Positions 29,806 to 39,693 of a DNA stretch of 64,000 nucleotides are shown piece after piece. Each line of letters begins with the position of its first letter. Within the stretch, counting starts at the first letter, position 1. Made by a program: the position numbers and the translations under genes. The notes under the pieces were generated by a model, which saw nothing but the letters and a program-made list of their open reading frames with translations, was not told the DNA's origin and made no database searches. Origin of the DNA: Anaerolineae bacterium (GTDB lineage Bacteria; Chloroflexota; Anaerolineae; UBA1429); the NCBI GenBank assembly GCA_963675785.1, contig OY776562.1:2176001-2240000 (forward strand), in the 5' to 3' direction.

Positions 29806-29823
29806 CTCTCTCCTGTCGGTCTG

Positions 29824-31101
29824 CTAAACAGAAGGAGCTTGCTTGATGTCGATTTGCACATCGACATCAAGGCGTTCGAACCAGGCATCTGGCGGCAGCC
29901 CAGCTTCCTGGCCCATTACCACCTTGGTGACGGTAAAGGTAACGACGGTAGAAAGCCGCTCTAGCGTGATCGTCGTTCCCTCTTGAGCCGCAACGAGCTC
30001 TCCGCGCGACTCTAGCAAGACGCGCATGTCGGTATCGTACATAGCCCATTCACTGCACAGTAGCTGCGAGACAGTCTGGACATCACTACGGTCGAATACC
30101 CAGACCTCAAAAGCCACGACATGCTGCAGAGAGGTACTAGCCAGAACCTCGGCCACGTTCACGCCACACTCGCCCAGAAAAGTCCCCTCGACCCCTTCGA
30201 TGTTAAAAGAGACGGCATAATCATCATCGCCCAGGGCATAATGGGCCGTCTCACGTTGAGGAGGCTGCTCCGACTCTGCCACATCTTCCTCACCCGCATA
30301 GCCGTTCATAATGGTGAGAATCTCGTCGAGCGCTGAAGAATCTTTGACCTCACTGTTCGGTACAGGCTGTACCTCAATCTCGCTGAGGACAGGTTGCTCG
30401 TCTGCGGCCGGCACATCCTCATTCACCACAGGCTCTGCAAACATGGCCGAGGCTTTATCGATAAGGGATTCGCCCTCAGCCGGCTCATCAGTAGGCAGTG
30501 CGATAACAGGTGTGGCCTCAGAAGAGGACTTCTCCCTTTTAGATAAGGGTCTCTTGGAGACGGGGGCGACGTCGGAAGGTGTTGTCACCTCTGCCGCCAC
30601 AAGACGTTCCTTTTTCTGGCGGGGCCAGATCAGCACAATCCCTACAAGGCCAAGCAAAGCTGCTCCGCCGAGAATCAGCAGCAGCGTTTGATTATCCGCC
30701 TCGGAGGGGTGTTCGTAAATCTCGACAGCCGTCGAGTCCCAGCCAATAGCCTCGCTAAGGGCATCGACCCGCTCCGCGCTGGACACCCGACCCTGCGAGG
30801 CTTCATATTGGGCAGCAAAAGCCCCCAGGTTGGCTACCTGATTCCAACTCGTATCTTCGTCTGTCAGCTCAAACAAACGTAATTGGGCTGTTTCAAGATC
30901 GTTGGTTATCGCATAGGAATCGGCCGCCAGCACCACATAATCCAGTTGGCCCTCCAGTGTAAGATCAGAAGGGGCGGCATTGAACCAATACACCGGCCAC
31001 ACGTCCCAGCCCAAATAAAGGCCGATGGCGCTGCCCAACACAAGGGCGCACAACAGCAGCAATATGATGCGCCAGAATCCTCCCGCGCGTTTATCTGCCA
31101 T
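29824..31101 (-). CDS. Hypothetical membrane protein (two TM segments, acidic linker, globular C-terminal domain)
   Basis: Long ORF with RBS inside the fmt-lipB-peptidase-dinB run; C-terminal GDD..SF.IE..FLGECGV..AFEVWVFD segment. Confidence 0.8.
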   Translation of the reverse strand: MADKRAGGFWRIILLLLCALVLGSAIGLYLGWDVWPVYWFNAAPSDLTLEGQLDYVVLAADSYAITNDLETAQLRLFELTDEDTSWNQVANLGAFAAQYEASQGRVSSAERVDALSEAIGWDSTAVEIYEHPSEADNQTLLLILGGAALLGLVGIVLIWPRQKKERLVAAEVTTPSDVAPVSKRPLSKREKSSSEATPVIALPTDEPAEGESLIDKASAMFAEPVVNEDVPAADEQPVLSEIEVQPVPNSEVKDSSALDEILTIMNGYAGEEDVAESEQPPQRETAHYALGDDDYAVSFNIEGVEGTFLGECGVNVAEVLASTSLQHVVAFEVWVFDRSDVQTVSQLLCSEWAMYDTDMRVLLESRGELVAAQEGTTITLERLSTVVTFTVTKVVMGQEAGLPPDAWFERLDVDVQIDIKQAPSV

Positions 31102-31122
31102 CGTGCGCCCTCCTGTTTTTCT

Positions 31123-32202
31123 CTAGCGAGAAGGAACGGGGATCGCCATCAGCTTGATGGCCTTGGTGAGCACCGTGCTCTCACCTTCTCCCACAATAAT
31201 GATATCCTCGAGGCGAATGCCGCCCCATCCCGGAATATAAATACCGGGCTCAACCGTCAAAGCTGCGCCAGCGTTGATCGGCCCTTGGTACATCATTGAG
31301 GCCCGAGGTTCTTCGTGAATCTCTAGCCCTACACAGTGGCCCAAACCGTGGCCAAACTGCCCCTCGTAACCCGCCGAATAGATGATGTCGCGGGCGATGG
31401 CGTCGGCTTCCCGGCCACTCATGCCAGCCACAATGCCCTTTTCGCAGGCCAACTGAGCCTCTAGCACCTTGTTCCATACCTTGGCATATTCCTCGGTGGC
31501 CTCGCCAATGATGAACGAACGCGTCAGGTCAGAACAATAGCCATCGACCACACAGCCCATATCGATGACCACAGGATCACCGACGTCCATGGGGCGGTCC
31601 GTGGGCACGGCGTGCGGTAGCGAGCTGCGCGGACCAGCCGCCACGATGGTGCTAAAAGAAAGGGCCGAAGCGCCGTGGGTGCGCTGATAGACTTCGATGC
31701 GCCAGGCCACTTCGAGTTCGGTCATGCCCGGGCGAATCCAGGTGAACACGTCCTCGATGGCCGCATCGGTAATGGCCACGGCCTTTTTGATGGCCTCGAT
31801 TTCTTGCTCATCCTTAACCGCTCGCAGCCCTTCGACGATTCCGTCAGTGGCCACCCACTCTACATCGGGCAGAGCTGCTTTGTACTGTTCCAGCCCCTTG
31901 ACGGTAACCACATGGCTCTCATAGCCCACACGCTTGGCACCTAGGCTCTGCAAACATTCGGCTACAGCCTTGAGCGGCGACAGGGTGATGCGATAGAGCT
32001 CGTAATCGGGTGCTTGCACCTGGGCCTGCTCGTAATAACGGAAATCGGTGGCCAAAAAGGCGCGATCCGGCGTGATAATCACCGTACCCGCCGAGCCCGT
32101 GAATCCCGTCATGTAGCGACGGTTGGGGGCATACTCGACGAGTATGGCGTCCAGGCCCTCTTTGGTAAGAATGCTGACAAGCCGTTCCAATCTCTGATTC
32201 AT
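31123..32202 (-). CDS. Xaa-Pro aminopeptidase (M24B)
   Basis: RYMTGFTGS, TDFRY, PHA, IDMG..GYCSDLTR, FGHGLGH.VGLEIHE, TVEPGIY, GIRLED. Confidence 0.94.
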   Translation of the reverse strand: MNQRLERLVSILTKEGLDAILVEYAPNRRYMTGFTGSAGTVIITPDRAFLATDFRYYEQAQVQAPDYELYRITLSPLKAVAECLQSLGAKRVGYESHVVTVKGLEQYKAALPDVEWVATDGIVEGLRAVKDEQEIEAIKKAVAITDAAIEDVFTWIRPGMTELEVAWRIEVYQRTHGASALSFSTIVAAGPRSSLPHAVPTDRPMDVGDPVVIDMGCVVDGYCSDLTRSFIIGEATEEYAKVWNKVLEAQLACEKGIVAGMSGREADAIARDIIYSAGYEGQFGHGLGHCVGLEIHEEPRASMMYQGPINAGAALTVEPGIYIPGWGGIRLEDIIIVGEGESTVLTKAIKLMAIPVPSR

Positions 32203-32942
32203 GAACTGCTCCTATCTGATAACGCGGGCCTGATGCCCGATATGGCCTCTTGAAACTCGGGTTGAGCCAACGAAACCGGCATCAGCTCACCGTCAAACTG
32301 CCGACAAAACTCCTGGGCGACGCGTTCGCGCACCTCATCCAATGAGGGCACATCAGCCATCTCCAGGTGCATACTGGTCACGCCACCATCGCGGATACCG
32401 CAAGCCACAATATGCGCCCAGTGGGTCATATTTGTCTGCACGTTGAGCGCAAATCCGTGAAAACTCACCCCGCCACGGATGCGCGTGCCCAGGGCACAAA
32501 TCTTGTTCTCGCCCACCCATACACCAATGACGCCCTGCCGACGATGCGTGGCAATGCCGTAGCTTGCCAGCACAGCCATAATGGTCTTTTCCAGCGCGTG
32601 CATGTAATCGCTGGCCCCCAAATCGCGACCCGGCAAATGCACAATGGGATAGCCCACCAACTGGCCGGGGCCATGATAGGTTACGTCGCCGCCCCGCTCA
32701 ATGCGCCTGACAATAATACCCTCGCGAGCCAGCTCGTCGGCGCTGCAAAGGATGTTGTTCTCCTCGGCACGGCGCCCCAGAGTAATCACTGGCTCGTGTT
32801 CCAACAATATCAGTGTATCCTGAATGAGCTCAGCCCGGCGCAATTCCACTAACCGGTGCTGTAACACTTCGACTTTATCATAGGGCACCCGCCCCAGGTT
32901 CAGCACCCAAATGGGCTCCCCCTGTGTATCCCCTCTGGCCAT
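32199..32942 (-). CDS. lipB: Octanoyltransferase LipB
   Basis: LLEHEPVITLGR, RGGDVTYHGPGQLVGYP, KICALG, HGFALN, ACGI. Confidence 0.95.
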   Translation of the reverse strand: MARGDTQGEPIWVLNLGRVPYDKVEVLQHRLVELRRAELIQDTLILLEHEPVITLGRRAEENNILCSADELAREGIIVRRIERGGDVTYHGPGQLVGYPIVHLPGRDLGASDYMHALEKTIMAVLASYGIATHRRQGVIGVWVGENKICALGTRIRGGVSFHGFALNVQTNMTHWAHIVACGIRDGGVTSMHLEMADVPSLDEVRERVAQEFCRQFDGELMPVSLAQPEFQEAISGIRPALSDRSSS

Positions 32943-32943
32943 G

Positions 32944-33888
32944 TTAACGCGCTACCGCCAGTTGGCTACCGATAAAGCCGCGCTGCCCACAAACAAAGGC
33001 CTGCGCCTCCATTGCCCGCTTGCCTGCCATCTGCACGCGATCGAGTACCAGCAAGCCCTGGCCAGTAACCACAGCCACTTTTTTATTATACTGGATCACC
33101 GTCCCCGGTTTTTCTTCCACAATCGTCTCAACCACATGCGCCTGGAGTATCTTTAATCGGCGCTCATCACAGCCTGTATAGGCCTGCGGCCAGGGGGTAT
33201 AAGCGCGAACAGCCCGTTCGATCTCGACAGCAGATCGCGACCAATCGATGCAGCCATCCTCCGAATCGAGCATAGGCGCACTGGTAGCCAACGCATCCTC
33301 TTGCGGCACGGGGGTAATTTTGCCTGCCAGCCAATCGGGAAGCGTATCGATGACCAGTTCGGCACCCAAGTGGGCCAATCGCTCGGTCAATGTTTCCGTG
33401 GTATCCTCCGCCGCAATACGCAGAGAGCGGGCAGCAACAATATCCCCCGTATCCATACCGGCATCGGTGCGCATCAGGGTGACACCTGTCTCCGCATCGC
33501 CAGCAAGAATAGCTGCCGTAATGGGCGAAGCACCCCGCCAGCGCGGTAAAAGTGAGGCATGCACTCCCAGAATCCCATAAGGAGGAATATCCAGCACATT
33601 CTGGCGCAGAATCTGGCCAAAGGCGGCCAGCACGAACACATCAGCGCCCAGTTCAGCAAGGGTTTGAACCGATTCGGGTTCGCGACGCAGGCTCTTGGGC
33701 TGCATTATAGGAAGGCCCAACCGCCTGGCGGCCTTTTTGACCGGCGGGCTGGTTAGTGTAGTACGTCCGCGGCCTGCCGGACAGTCGGGCTGTGTCACCA
33801 CCGCCAGCACCTGATGATGTTCAGCCAGAGCTTCAAGCACGGGAACACCATACTCGGGGGTTCCCATAAACACCACTTTTGCCATCAT
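32944..33888 (-). CDS. fmt: Methionyl-tRNA formyltransferase
   Basis: VFMGTP, VVTQPD.PAGRG, AFGQIL, HASLLPRWRGASP, GMDTGD; ATG 33888 after GAAGGAGG. Confidence 0.96.
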   Translation of the reverse strand: MMAKVVFMGTPEYGVPVLEALAEHHQVLAVVTQPDCPAGRGRTTLTSPPVKKAARRLGLPIMQPKSLRREPESVQTLAELGADVFVLAAFGQILRQNVLDIPPYGILGVHASLLPRWRGASPITAAILAGDAETGVTLMRTDAGMDTGDIVAARSLRIAAEDTTETLTERLAHLGAELVIDTLPDWLAGKITPVPQEDALATSAPMLDSEDGCIDWSRSAVEIERAVRAYTPWPQAYTGCDERRLKILQAHVVETIVEEKPGTVIQYNKKVAVVTGQGLLVLDRVQMAGKRAMEAQAFVCGQRGFIGSQLAVAR

Positions 33889-34037
33889 CTGCCCTCCTTC
33901 CGCAGCGATTCTAGCACAGCCGCAACAGTGCCGCAAAGCCCGCATCCCTTTGCGCAACCTTGCTGCCCGCAATACGTAAAGATAAATAAGGGAACCGAAA
34001 CACGGCCCAATTGCAAACTTTTTTGAGGAGAGAAACA

Positions 34038-34454
34038 ATGTCTGACATGCCTAATGAACCATTCCAAATCGACGAGGAACCCAAATTGGGGGATACTACG
34101 CCGAGTCAGAATGACAAGGCACTCGCCGGCTGCGCATACATCAGCCAGTTCGTCATCCCCGCTGTGCTGCCTGTCGTCCTGTTGCTTACCGATGAGGCCA
34201 AGCGCAGCAGTTTCATCAAGTATCATGCGGTGATGAGTCTTGGGCTTACCGCCGCCGCGGTAGTTTATGAAATCGTCGCTGGCATCGTCTTCGCCATCAC
34301 GGCCGCCATTATCCCTTGCATCGCTGCTATCACTTGGGTTTTGTTCCTTCTACCCATTGTGCCCATGGTTTACTATGGCATCAAGGCCTTCCAGGGCGAG
34401 ATATTCGATATCCCCTACTTGACTGATTTCTGCCGTAAAAACGGCTGGGTCTAA
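34038..34454 (+). CDS. DUF4870-type small membrane protein
   Basis: DKALA..AY, FIKYHA..S, three TM segments, GIKAFQG...IP; GAGGAG RBS before ATG 34038. Confidence 0.75.
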   Translation: MSDMPNEPFQIDEEPKLGDTTPSQNDKALAGCAYISQFVIPAVLPVVLLLTDEAKRSSFIKYHAVMSLGLTAAAVVYEIVAGIVFAITAAIIPCIAAITWVLFLLPIVPMVYYGIKAFQGEIFDIPYLTDFCRKNGWV

Positions 34455-34463
34455 CCCCCACTT

Positions 34464-34492
34464 GAGCCCCCGGACAAAACCCGGGGGCTTTT
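34464..34492 (+). terminator. Intrinsic terminator
   Basis: GAGCCCCCGG-7nt-CCGGGGGCTT followed by TT. Confidence 0.8.
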
Positions 34493-34494
34493 CC

Positions 34495-34522
34495 TTGCCC
34501 GTTACACCATCCCCGCTATAAT
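34495..34522 (+). promoter_or_regulatory. Promoter of recJ
   Basis: TTGCCC-16bp-TATAAT. Confidence 0.65.
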
Positions 34523-34549
34523 CAACCCACAGACTGATGGGAGTGTAAC

Positions 34550-36256
34550 GTGGCTGAACAAGAACGTTGGATCCTGGCCCGCTCGGCACCCGCCGTGGTG
34601 CAGCAAATGTCCCAGTATTACGACCCCCTGCTGGCTCGCGTGCTAGTTTCTCGCAAACTCGATACCCCCGACAAGGCTCAAGCCTTTCTGCACCCCATCG
34701 CAGAACTCGCTGATCCCTTTTTGTACAAGGGCATGCGCCAAGCTGTTGATCGAATCCTTCAGGCCATTGCTGATCAAGAAACCATTGTCATCTATGGCGA
34801 TTTTGACACTGATGGCGTGACTTCAACCTGTGTCATGGTCACAGCGCTGGAGCAACTCGGCGCCCGGGTCAGCAGCCATATCCCCAATCGCTTTGATGAA
34901 GGTTACGGCCTCAACACCGATTCGCTCAAATCCTTGCAAGAACAGGGCGCTGACCTGATTGTCACTGTGGACTGCGGCGTTCGTGCCGTGGCAGAAGCCG
35001 CCTATGCCCACGAGATCGGCCTCGATATGGTCATTACCGACCACCACTCGGTACCCGAAATCCTGCCTCAAGCTGTAGCCGTCGTCGATGCCAAACAGTC
35101 TGATTGCACTTACCCTTTCAAAGAGCACGCTGGCGTGGGTGTTGCCTACAGCACAGCGCGCGCCCTGTATGCCGCCTGGAACGCTCTCCATCCGCAAGAT
35201 GCGCCGCTTGATGCCAGCGAGCTTCTCGACTTGGCGGCAGTAGGTACAGTGGCCGACATGGTGCCGCTGGGCGGAGAGAATCGCATCATGGTGCAACAGG
35301 GTCTCAAACGCATCGCCGAGAGGCCGCGCCCGGGAATCGCCGCGCTCATTCAGGTATCAGGATCCAAGCCAACCGATATCGACGCTTCTACCATCGCCTT
35401 TCGGTTGGCGCCACGCCTGAACGCTATGGGACGGCTAGAACATGCTGACACCTCGTTTGACCTACTGCGTGCGAAAACCCCTGAAGAAGCCTCTGAGCTA
35501 GCCAATCAGCTCGACGAGACCAACAGACAACGCCAAGATATGCTCTCTGAGCAAGTCAATACTGCTGAAAAACTGGTCGATCCCCTGACGGATCAACTAT
35601 TCTTTGCCTTTGATGAGAACTTTCATGAGGGCATCGTAGGCTTGGTAGCCAGCAGGCTGATGAACCACTATTATCGCCCCGCCCTGGTGATGCGCCGCGG
35701 AGAGAGCGAAACCACGGGGTCTGCTCGTAGCGTCGAGGGCTTTCACATCACCCAGGCATTGGAATACTGCGCCGACCTGCTGGTGCGTTTTGGCGGGCAC
35801 GCCCAAGCCGCCGGATTTACGCTGGAAAACGGCAATATCGAGGTCTTTCGCCAACGACTATTAGCCTATGCCGACGAACACTTGACCGAAGAAATGCTCC
35901 AGCCGCGCATTCTGGTTGATGCCATCGTCGATCTGCCCGAACTCAACGAACGTTCGGTGGCCGCTCTTACCGAATTGGAACCCTGCGGCACTGGCAACCT
36001 ACCCCCCGTTTTTGCCAGTCGCGGCGTACGCGTCGAATTTGCTCGCTGCGTGGGCGCGGATGGACGCCATCTGCAAATGCAGCTCTCGCAAAACAATGGT
36101 GCCCGGCTCAAAGCCATTGCTTTTGGCCTGGGTGAACTCGAAGGCCGCCCCAATCAGGGGGACCTCATCGATATTGTCTATACGCCGCGCATCAATCACT
36201 GGAACGGCAACACCAGTGTCGATCTGGAAATCCAGACCTGGCGGCCTACACAATAG
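34550..36256 (+). CDS. recJ: ssDNA exonuclease RecJ
   Basis: YGDFDTDG, PNRF.EGYG, TVDCG, ITDHH, GTVADMVPL, PRLNA.GR, GSARS, GGH..AAG. Confidence 0.97.
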   Translation: MAEQERWILARSAPAVVQQMSQYYDPLLARVLVSRKLDTPDKAQAFLHPIAELADPFLYKGMRQAVDRILQAIADQETIVIYGDFDTDGVTSTCVMVTALEQLGARVSSHIPNRFDEGYGLNTDSLKSLQEQGADLIVTVDCGVRAVAEAAYAHEIGLDMVITDHHSVPEILPQAVAVVDAKQSDCTYPFKEHAGVGVAYSTARALYAAWNALHPQDAPLDASELLDLAAVGTVADMVPLGGENRIMVQQGLKRIAERPRPGIAALIQVSGSKPTDIDASTIAFRLAPRLNAMGRLEHADTSFDLLRAKTPEEASELANQLDETNRQRQDMLSEQVNTAEKLVDPLTDQLFFAFDENFHEGIVGLVASRLMNHYYRPALVMRRGESETTGSARSVEGFHITQALEYCADLLVRFGGHAQAAGFTLENGNIEVFRQRLLAYADEHLTEEMLQPRILVDAIVDLPELNERSVAALTELEPCGTGNLPPVFASRGVRVEFARCVGADGRHLQMQLSQNNGARLKAIAFGLGELEGRPNQGDLIDIVYTPRINHWNGNTSVDLEIQTWRPTQ

Positions 36257-36307
36257 CCCTACGTGCACTTCACCCAAATGGAACTGTGCAACTCCCCCAT
36301 ATGGAGG

Positions 36308-36336
36308 ATGACACCCTTTTCAATCCATGATATTCT
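36308..36336 (+). promoter_or_regulatory. Promoter of the glutamate synthase operon
   Basis: ATGACA-17bp-TATTCT with extended TG; places the start site near 36343. Confidence 0.65.
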
Positions 36337-36343
36337 ATCCATA

Positions 36344-36405
36344 GTGCAGCGTAGCATAATATTGACTGGCATTGGCGCCGCCCGACAGGTTCGGGCGGTG
36401 TTTTT
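36344..36405 (+). promoter_or_regulatory. ANTAR-type dual-hairpin antiterminator overlapping an intrinsic terminator (attenuator)
   Basis: P1 GTGC-AGCGTA-GCAT and P2 TGGC-ATTGGC-GCCG, both AxxGxx hexaloops; P2 overlaps the terminator GCGCCGCCCGA-CAGGT-TCGGGCGGTGT-TTTT. Confidence 0.72.
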
Positions 36406-36422
36406 CGTATTAAGGGAGGAAC

Positions 36423-37934
36423 ATGGCCCTTTCACTGGCTACCTCTACATTTGTTATCGATCGCGATCCCAATCGTTGTATCTCGTGCCAGGTGTGCGTC
36501 CGCCAGTGTGCCAACGACGTGCATTATTATGTCGAGTCAGAGGACGCTGTGAAGAGCCGCGAACAGAACTGCGTGGGCTGTCATCGTTGTGTCACCCTCT
36601 GCCCGACCCATGCGCTAACCATCCGCGAGAATCCCCTCGATTTTCGCCCACACGCCAACTGGTCCGCTGATGTCCTCAAGAACATCTACAAGCAAGCACA
36701 GACCGGCGGCATGTTGCTGTCTGGTATGGGTTGCGATCAGCCTTATCCCATCTACTGGGATCATATGCTCATCAATGCTTCGCAGGTCACCAACCCCTCC
36801 ATTGACCCTCTACGTGAACCAATGGAACTGCGCACCTACCTGGGGCGTAAAACGGATCAAATAGCTCTGAATGCCGATGGCAATATCGATCTTTCCGTTC
36901 AGCCCTCGCCGCAGCTCCAGCTCGAAGTGCCCATCATGTTCTCTGCCATGTCCTACGGTTCGATTAGTTTTAATGCCTGCCTGTCACTCGCCCGCGCCGC
37001 CAGCGAGATCGGCACCTACTGGAATACCGGAGAGGGCGGCTTGCACCCCGAACTCTACCAGTTCGGCGAACACACCATCGCCCAGGTGGCCTCGGGGCGT
37101 TTCGGCGTCCATTTGGATTACTTGAATGCTGCGGCTGCCATCGAAATCAAAATCGGCCAGGGCGCCAAGCCCGGCATCGGCGGGCACTTGCCCGGCGAAA
37201 AAGTTTCGGCCGAGATTTCGCGCACCCGTATGATTCCAGAAGGCACGGATGCTATCTCGCCCGCACCGCACCACGATATCTATTCCATTGAGGACCTGCG
37301 CCAGCTCATTTTTGCCCTCAAAGAAGCCACCCATTACGAAAAGCCGGTCAGTGTCAAAGTAGCGGCTGTGCACAATATCGCCCCCATCGCCAGTGGCATC
37401 GTGCGGGCCGGCGCCGATATCGTCGCCATTGACGGGCTAAGGGGCGGCACCGGCGCAGCACCGACTGTGGTTCGCAATAACGTGGGCATCCCCATTGAAA
37501 TGGCCCTGGCGGCTGTAGACCAGCGCCTACGCGAAGAAGGTATCCGCAACCGCGCCTCTATCGTGGTGGGCGGCAGCGTACGCAGTAGCGCCGATGTGGT
37601 CAAAGCCATTGCCCTGGGCGCCGATGCCGTCTATATCGCCACCAGCGCCGTAGTTGCCATGGGCTGCCACCTTTGCCAGCACTGCTACACCGGCAAATGC
37701 AACTGGGGTATTGCCACACAAGACCCCTACCTGACCAAGAGACTCAATCCCAACATCGGGGCCCAGCGCGTCAAGAATCTGCTGCGCGCCTGGTCATTAG
37801 AGATCAAAGAAATGATGGGCGGTATGGGCGTCAACTCGATCGAAAGCCTGCGCGGAAACCGTGACCATCTGCGAGGCGTCGGCCTCAACCAGGTCGAGCT
37901 GGACACCCTGGGCATCAAGGCCGTCGGGCAGTAG
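36423..37934 (+). CDS. Glutamate synthase FMN-binding subunit (split/archaeal-type GltB2) with N-terminal 2x[4Fe-4S]
   Basis: Two CxxCxxCxxxC motifs, AMSYGSIS, NTGEGG, QVASGRFGV, EIKIGQGAKPGIGGHLPGEK, SPAPHHDIYSIEDL, CHLCQHCYTGKC. Confidence 0.95.
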   Translation: MALSLATSTFVIDRDPNRCISCQVCVRQCANDVHYYVESEDAVKSREQNCVGCHRCVTLCPTHALTIRENPLDFRPHANWSADVLKNIYKQAQTGGMLLSGMGCDQPYPIYWDHMLINASQVTNPSIDPLREPMELRTYLGRKTDQIALNADGNIDLSVQPSPQLQLEVPIMFSAMSYGSISFNACLSLARAASEIGTYWNTGEGGLHPELYQFGEHTIAQVASGRFGVHLDYLNAAAAIEIKIGQGAKPGIGGHLPGEKVSAEISRTRMIPEGTDAISPAPHHDIYSIEDLRQLIFALKEATHYEKPVSVKVAAVHNIAPIASGIVRAGADIVAIDGLRGGTGAAPTVVRNNVGIPIEMALAAVDQRLREEGIRNRASIVVGGSVRSSADVVKAIALGADAVYIATSAVVAMGCHLCQHCYTGKCNWGIATQDPYLTKRLNPNIGAQRVKNLLRAWSLEIKEMMGGMGVNSIESLRGNRDHLRGVGLNQVELDTLGIKAVGQ

Positions 37935-37946
37935 GAGAAACCCCAG

Positions 37947-38387
37947 ATGAAAAGAATTGTCATCCATGAAGAATACTGCATCGGCTGCCGGCTCTGCGAG
38001 GTGCACTGCCTGGTGCAGCACTCGGAATCTCATGACATCATCCGTGCCTTTCGCACTGAACGCAACAGCATCATGCCACGGCTGACGATCGAAGAAAGCG
38101 GGCCTGTATCCTTTGCCTTACAGTGCCGCCAGTGTGAAGAACCAGCTTGCCTCGAAGCCTGCATCTCTGGCGCCATGCATCGCGATCCCGAAACCGGAGC
38201 TGTGATGTGTGACGAGAGCCGTTGCGTAGGCTGCTGGATGTGCATCATGGTTTGTCCCACAGGGGCCATCCAGCAAAATCTGCTGGGCAACCGCATAGCC
38301 AGCAAGTGCGATCTGTGCTATGGCGCAGATATGCCGGCCTGCGTGGCCAATTGCCCCAATGAAGCGCTCACTTACGAGGAAATATAA
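37947..38387 (+). CDS. 4Fe-4S dicluster protein (four-cluster DmsB/CooF-like)
   Basis: CIGCRLCEVHC, CRQCEEPACLEAC, CVGCWMCIMVCP, KCDLC..PACVANCP. Confidence 0.93.
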   Translation: MKRIVIHEEYCIGCRLCEVHCLVQHSESHDIIRAFRTERNSIMPRLTIEESGPVSFALQCRQCEEPACLEACISGAMHRDPETGAVMCDESRCVGCWMCIMVCPTGAIQQNLLGNRIASKCDLCYGADMPACVANCPNEALTYEEI

Positions 38388-38401
38388 CCAGGAGGAAACC
38401 T

Positions 38402-39682
38402 GTGCGAATTGTCATCGTTGGCAACTCGGCAACTGCTGTGGGCGCCGTTGAAACCATTCGGCAGCACGATCAGGCCAGTACTATCACCATCGTCTCCGAA
38501 GAACCCCACGGCATCTATTCCCGCCCCATGCTTGACCATTATCTGGGCGGTGAAATCGACGCGGCACGGCTCAATTACCGGCCATCCGACTTTTACGTAA
38601 CTCACAACGTGCAGCCGCTTCTCGCGGATCGCGTATCATCCATCAATCCTGAGGCTCATACGGTAAATACCGAATCTGGCCAGGTACTGTCCTACGACAA
38701 ACTCTTGCTGGCCACCGGCGGTCAACCCATCGTGCCGCCGATGAACGGCCTGGATACCGGCGGAGTCTTTAGCTTTACTCGGCTCGATGACGCTCGCGCC
38801 ATCGAACAAGCCTTCAGCGAGCGTAGCGTCCAAAACGCCATCGTTGTGGGCGGCGGCATGATCGGCATGAAGGTCACTGACGCACTCTGCCATCGCGGCC
38901 TCAAGGTAACCCTCGCTGAACTGGCCCCGCGCATCCTCAGCGCAGCCATGGATGAAATCGGCGCCAGCATCATGACCGAGGTACTGCTCAATGGCGGCGT
39001 CGAGGTACTCACCGGTAATACTGTCAGTGAAATTCACAGTGAAGATGGCTGGATCAGCAGTGTCACCATGAAGGACGGCTCTGAAAAAGCTTGTGACCTA
39101 CTCGTATTCGGCATCGGCGTTCGCCCCAATGCTGGCCTGGCCCGCGATGCTGGCATTGAGGTTAACCGCGGCATCGTCGTCGATCGTTACATGTGCACAT
39201 CAGCACCTGATGTCTATGCCGCCGGTGATGTGGCTGAAGCCTATGACCTAGTGGTGGACATGAACCGCACCGTAGCCATCTGGCCCAACGCCTACCGACA
39301 GGGAGCCATTGCTGGCGCTCATATGGTGGGCATTGAAGAGCCCGACCAAGGTGGCGTCGCTATGAACGCAGTGCAGGCCTTTGGCATTCCGGCCATGGCC
39401 ATTGGCAACGGCAACGTCGAACAAGAAGGCTATTCCATCCTTGCCGATGAAAACAAGCGCAACCATCGCTACAAGAAACTCGTGTTCGATGAAAAGAATC
39501 ATCTGGTCGGTGCTATTTTGGTCGGTGATATCAACCGAGCTGGCATCTATACTGGCTTGATCCGCGCCAAACTGGATCTCTCCGAGTGCAAAGATAGCCT
39601 GCTCAGTGATCATTTCGGGCTGCTCTCACTGCCGGGGTCTTATCGCAAACACGTCGTTCGCGGCCTGGGCATAGAAGTCTAA
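38402..39682 (+). CDS. NAD(P)/FAD-dependent oxidoreductase (NirB N-terminal / rubredoxin-reductase-like)
   Basis: IVGNSATA, YSRP, YDKLLLATG, VVGGGMIG, GVRPN, YAAGD. Confidence 0.9.
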   Translation: MRIVIVGNSATAVGAVETIRQHDQASTITIVSEEPHGIYSRPMLDHYLGGEIDAARLNYRPSDFYVTHNVQPLLADRVSSINPEAHTVNTESGQVLSYDKLLLATGGQPIVPPMNGLDTGGVFSFTRLDDARAIEQAFSERSVQNAIVVGGGMIGMKVTDALCHRGLKVTLAELAPRILSAAMDEIGASIMTEVLLNGGVEVLTGNTVSEIHSEDGWISSVTMKDGSEKACDLLVFGIGVRPNAGLARDAGIEVNRGIVVDRYMCTSAPDVYAAGDVAEAYDLVVDMNRTVAIWPNAYRQGAIAGAHMVGIEEPDQGGVAMNAVQAFGIPAMAIGNGNVEQEGYSILADENKRNHRYKKLVFDEKNHLVGAILVGDINRAGIYTGLIRAKLDLSECKDSLLSDHFGLLSLPGSYRKHVVRGLGIEV

Positions 39683-39693
39683 AGGGGAATGCC

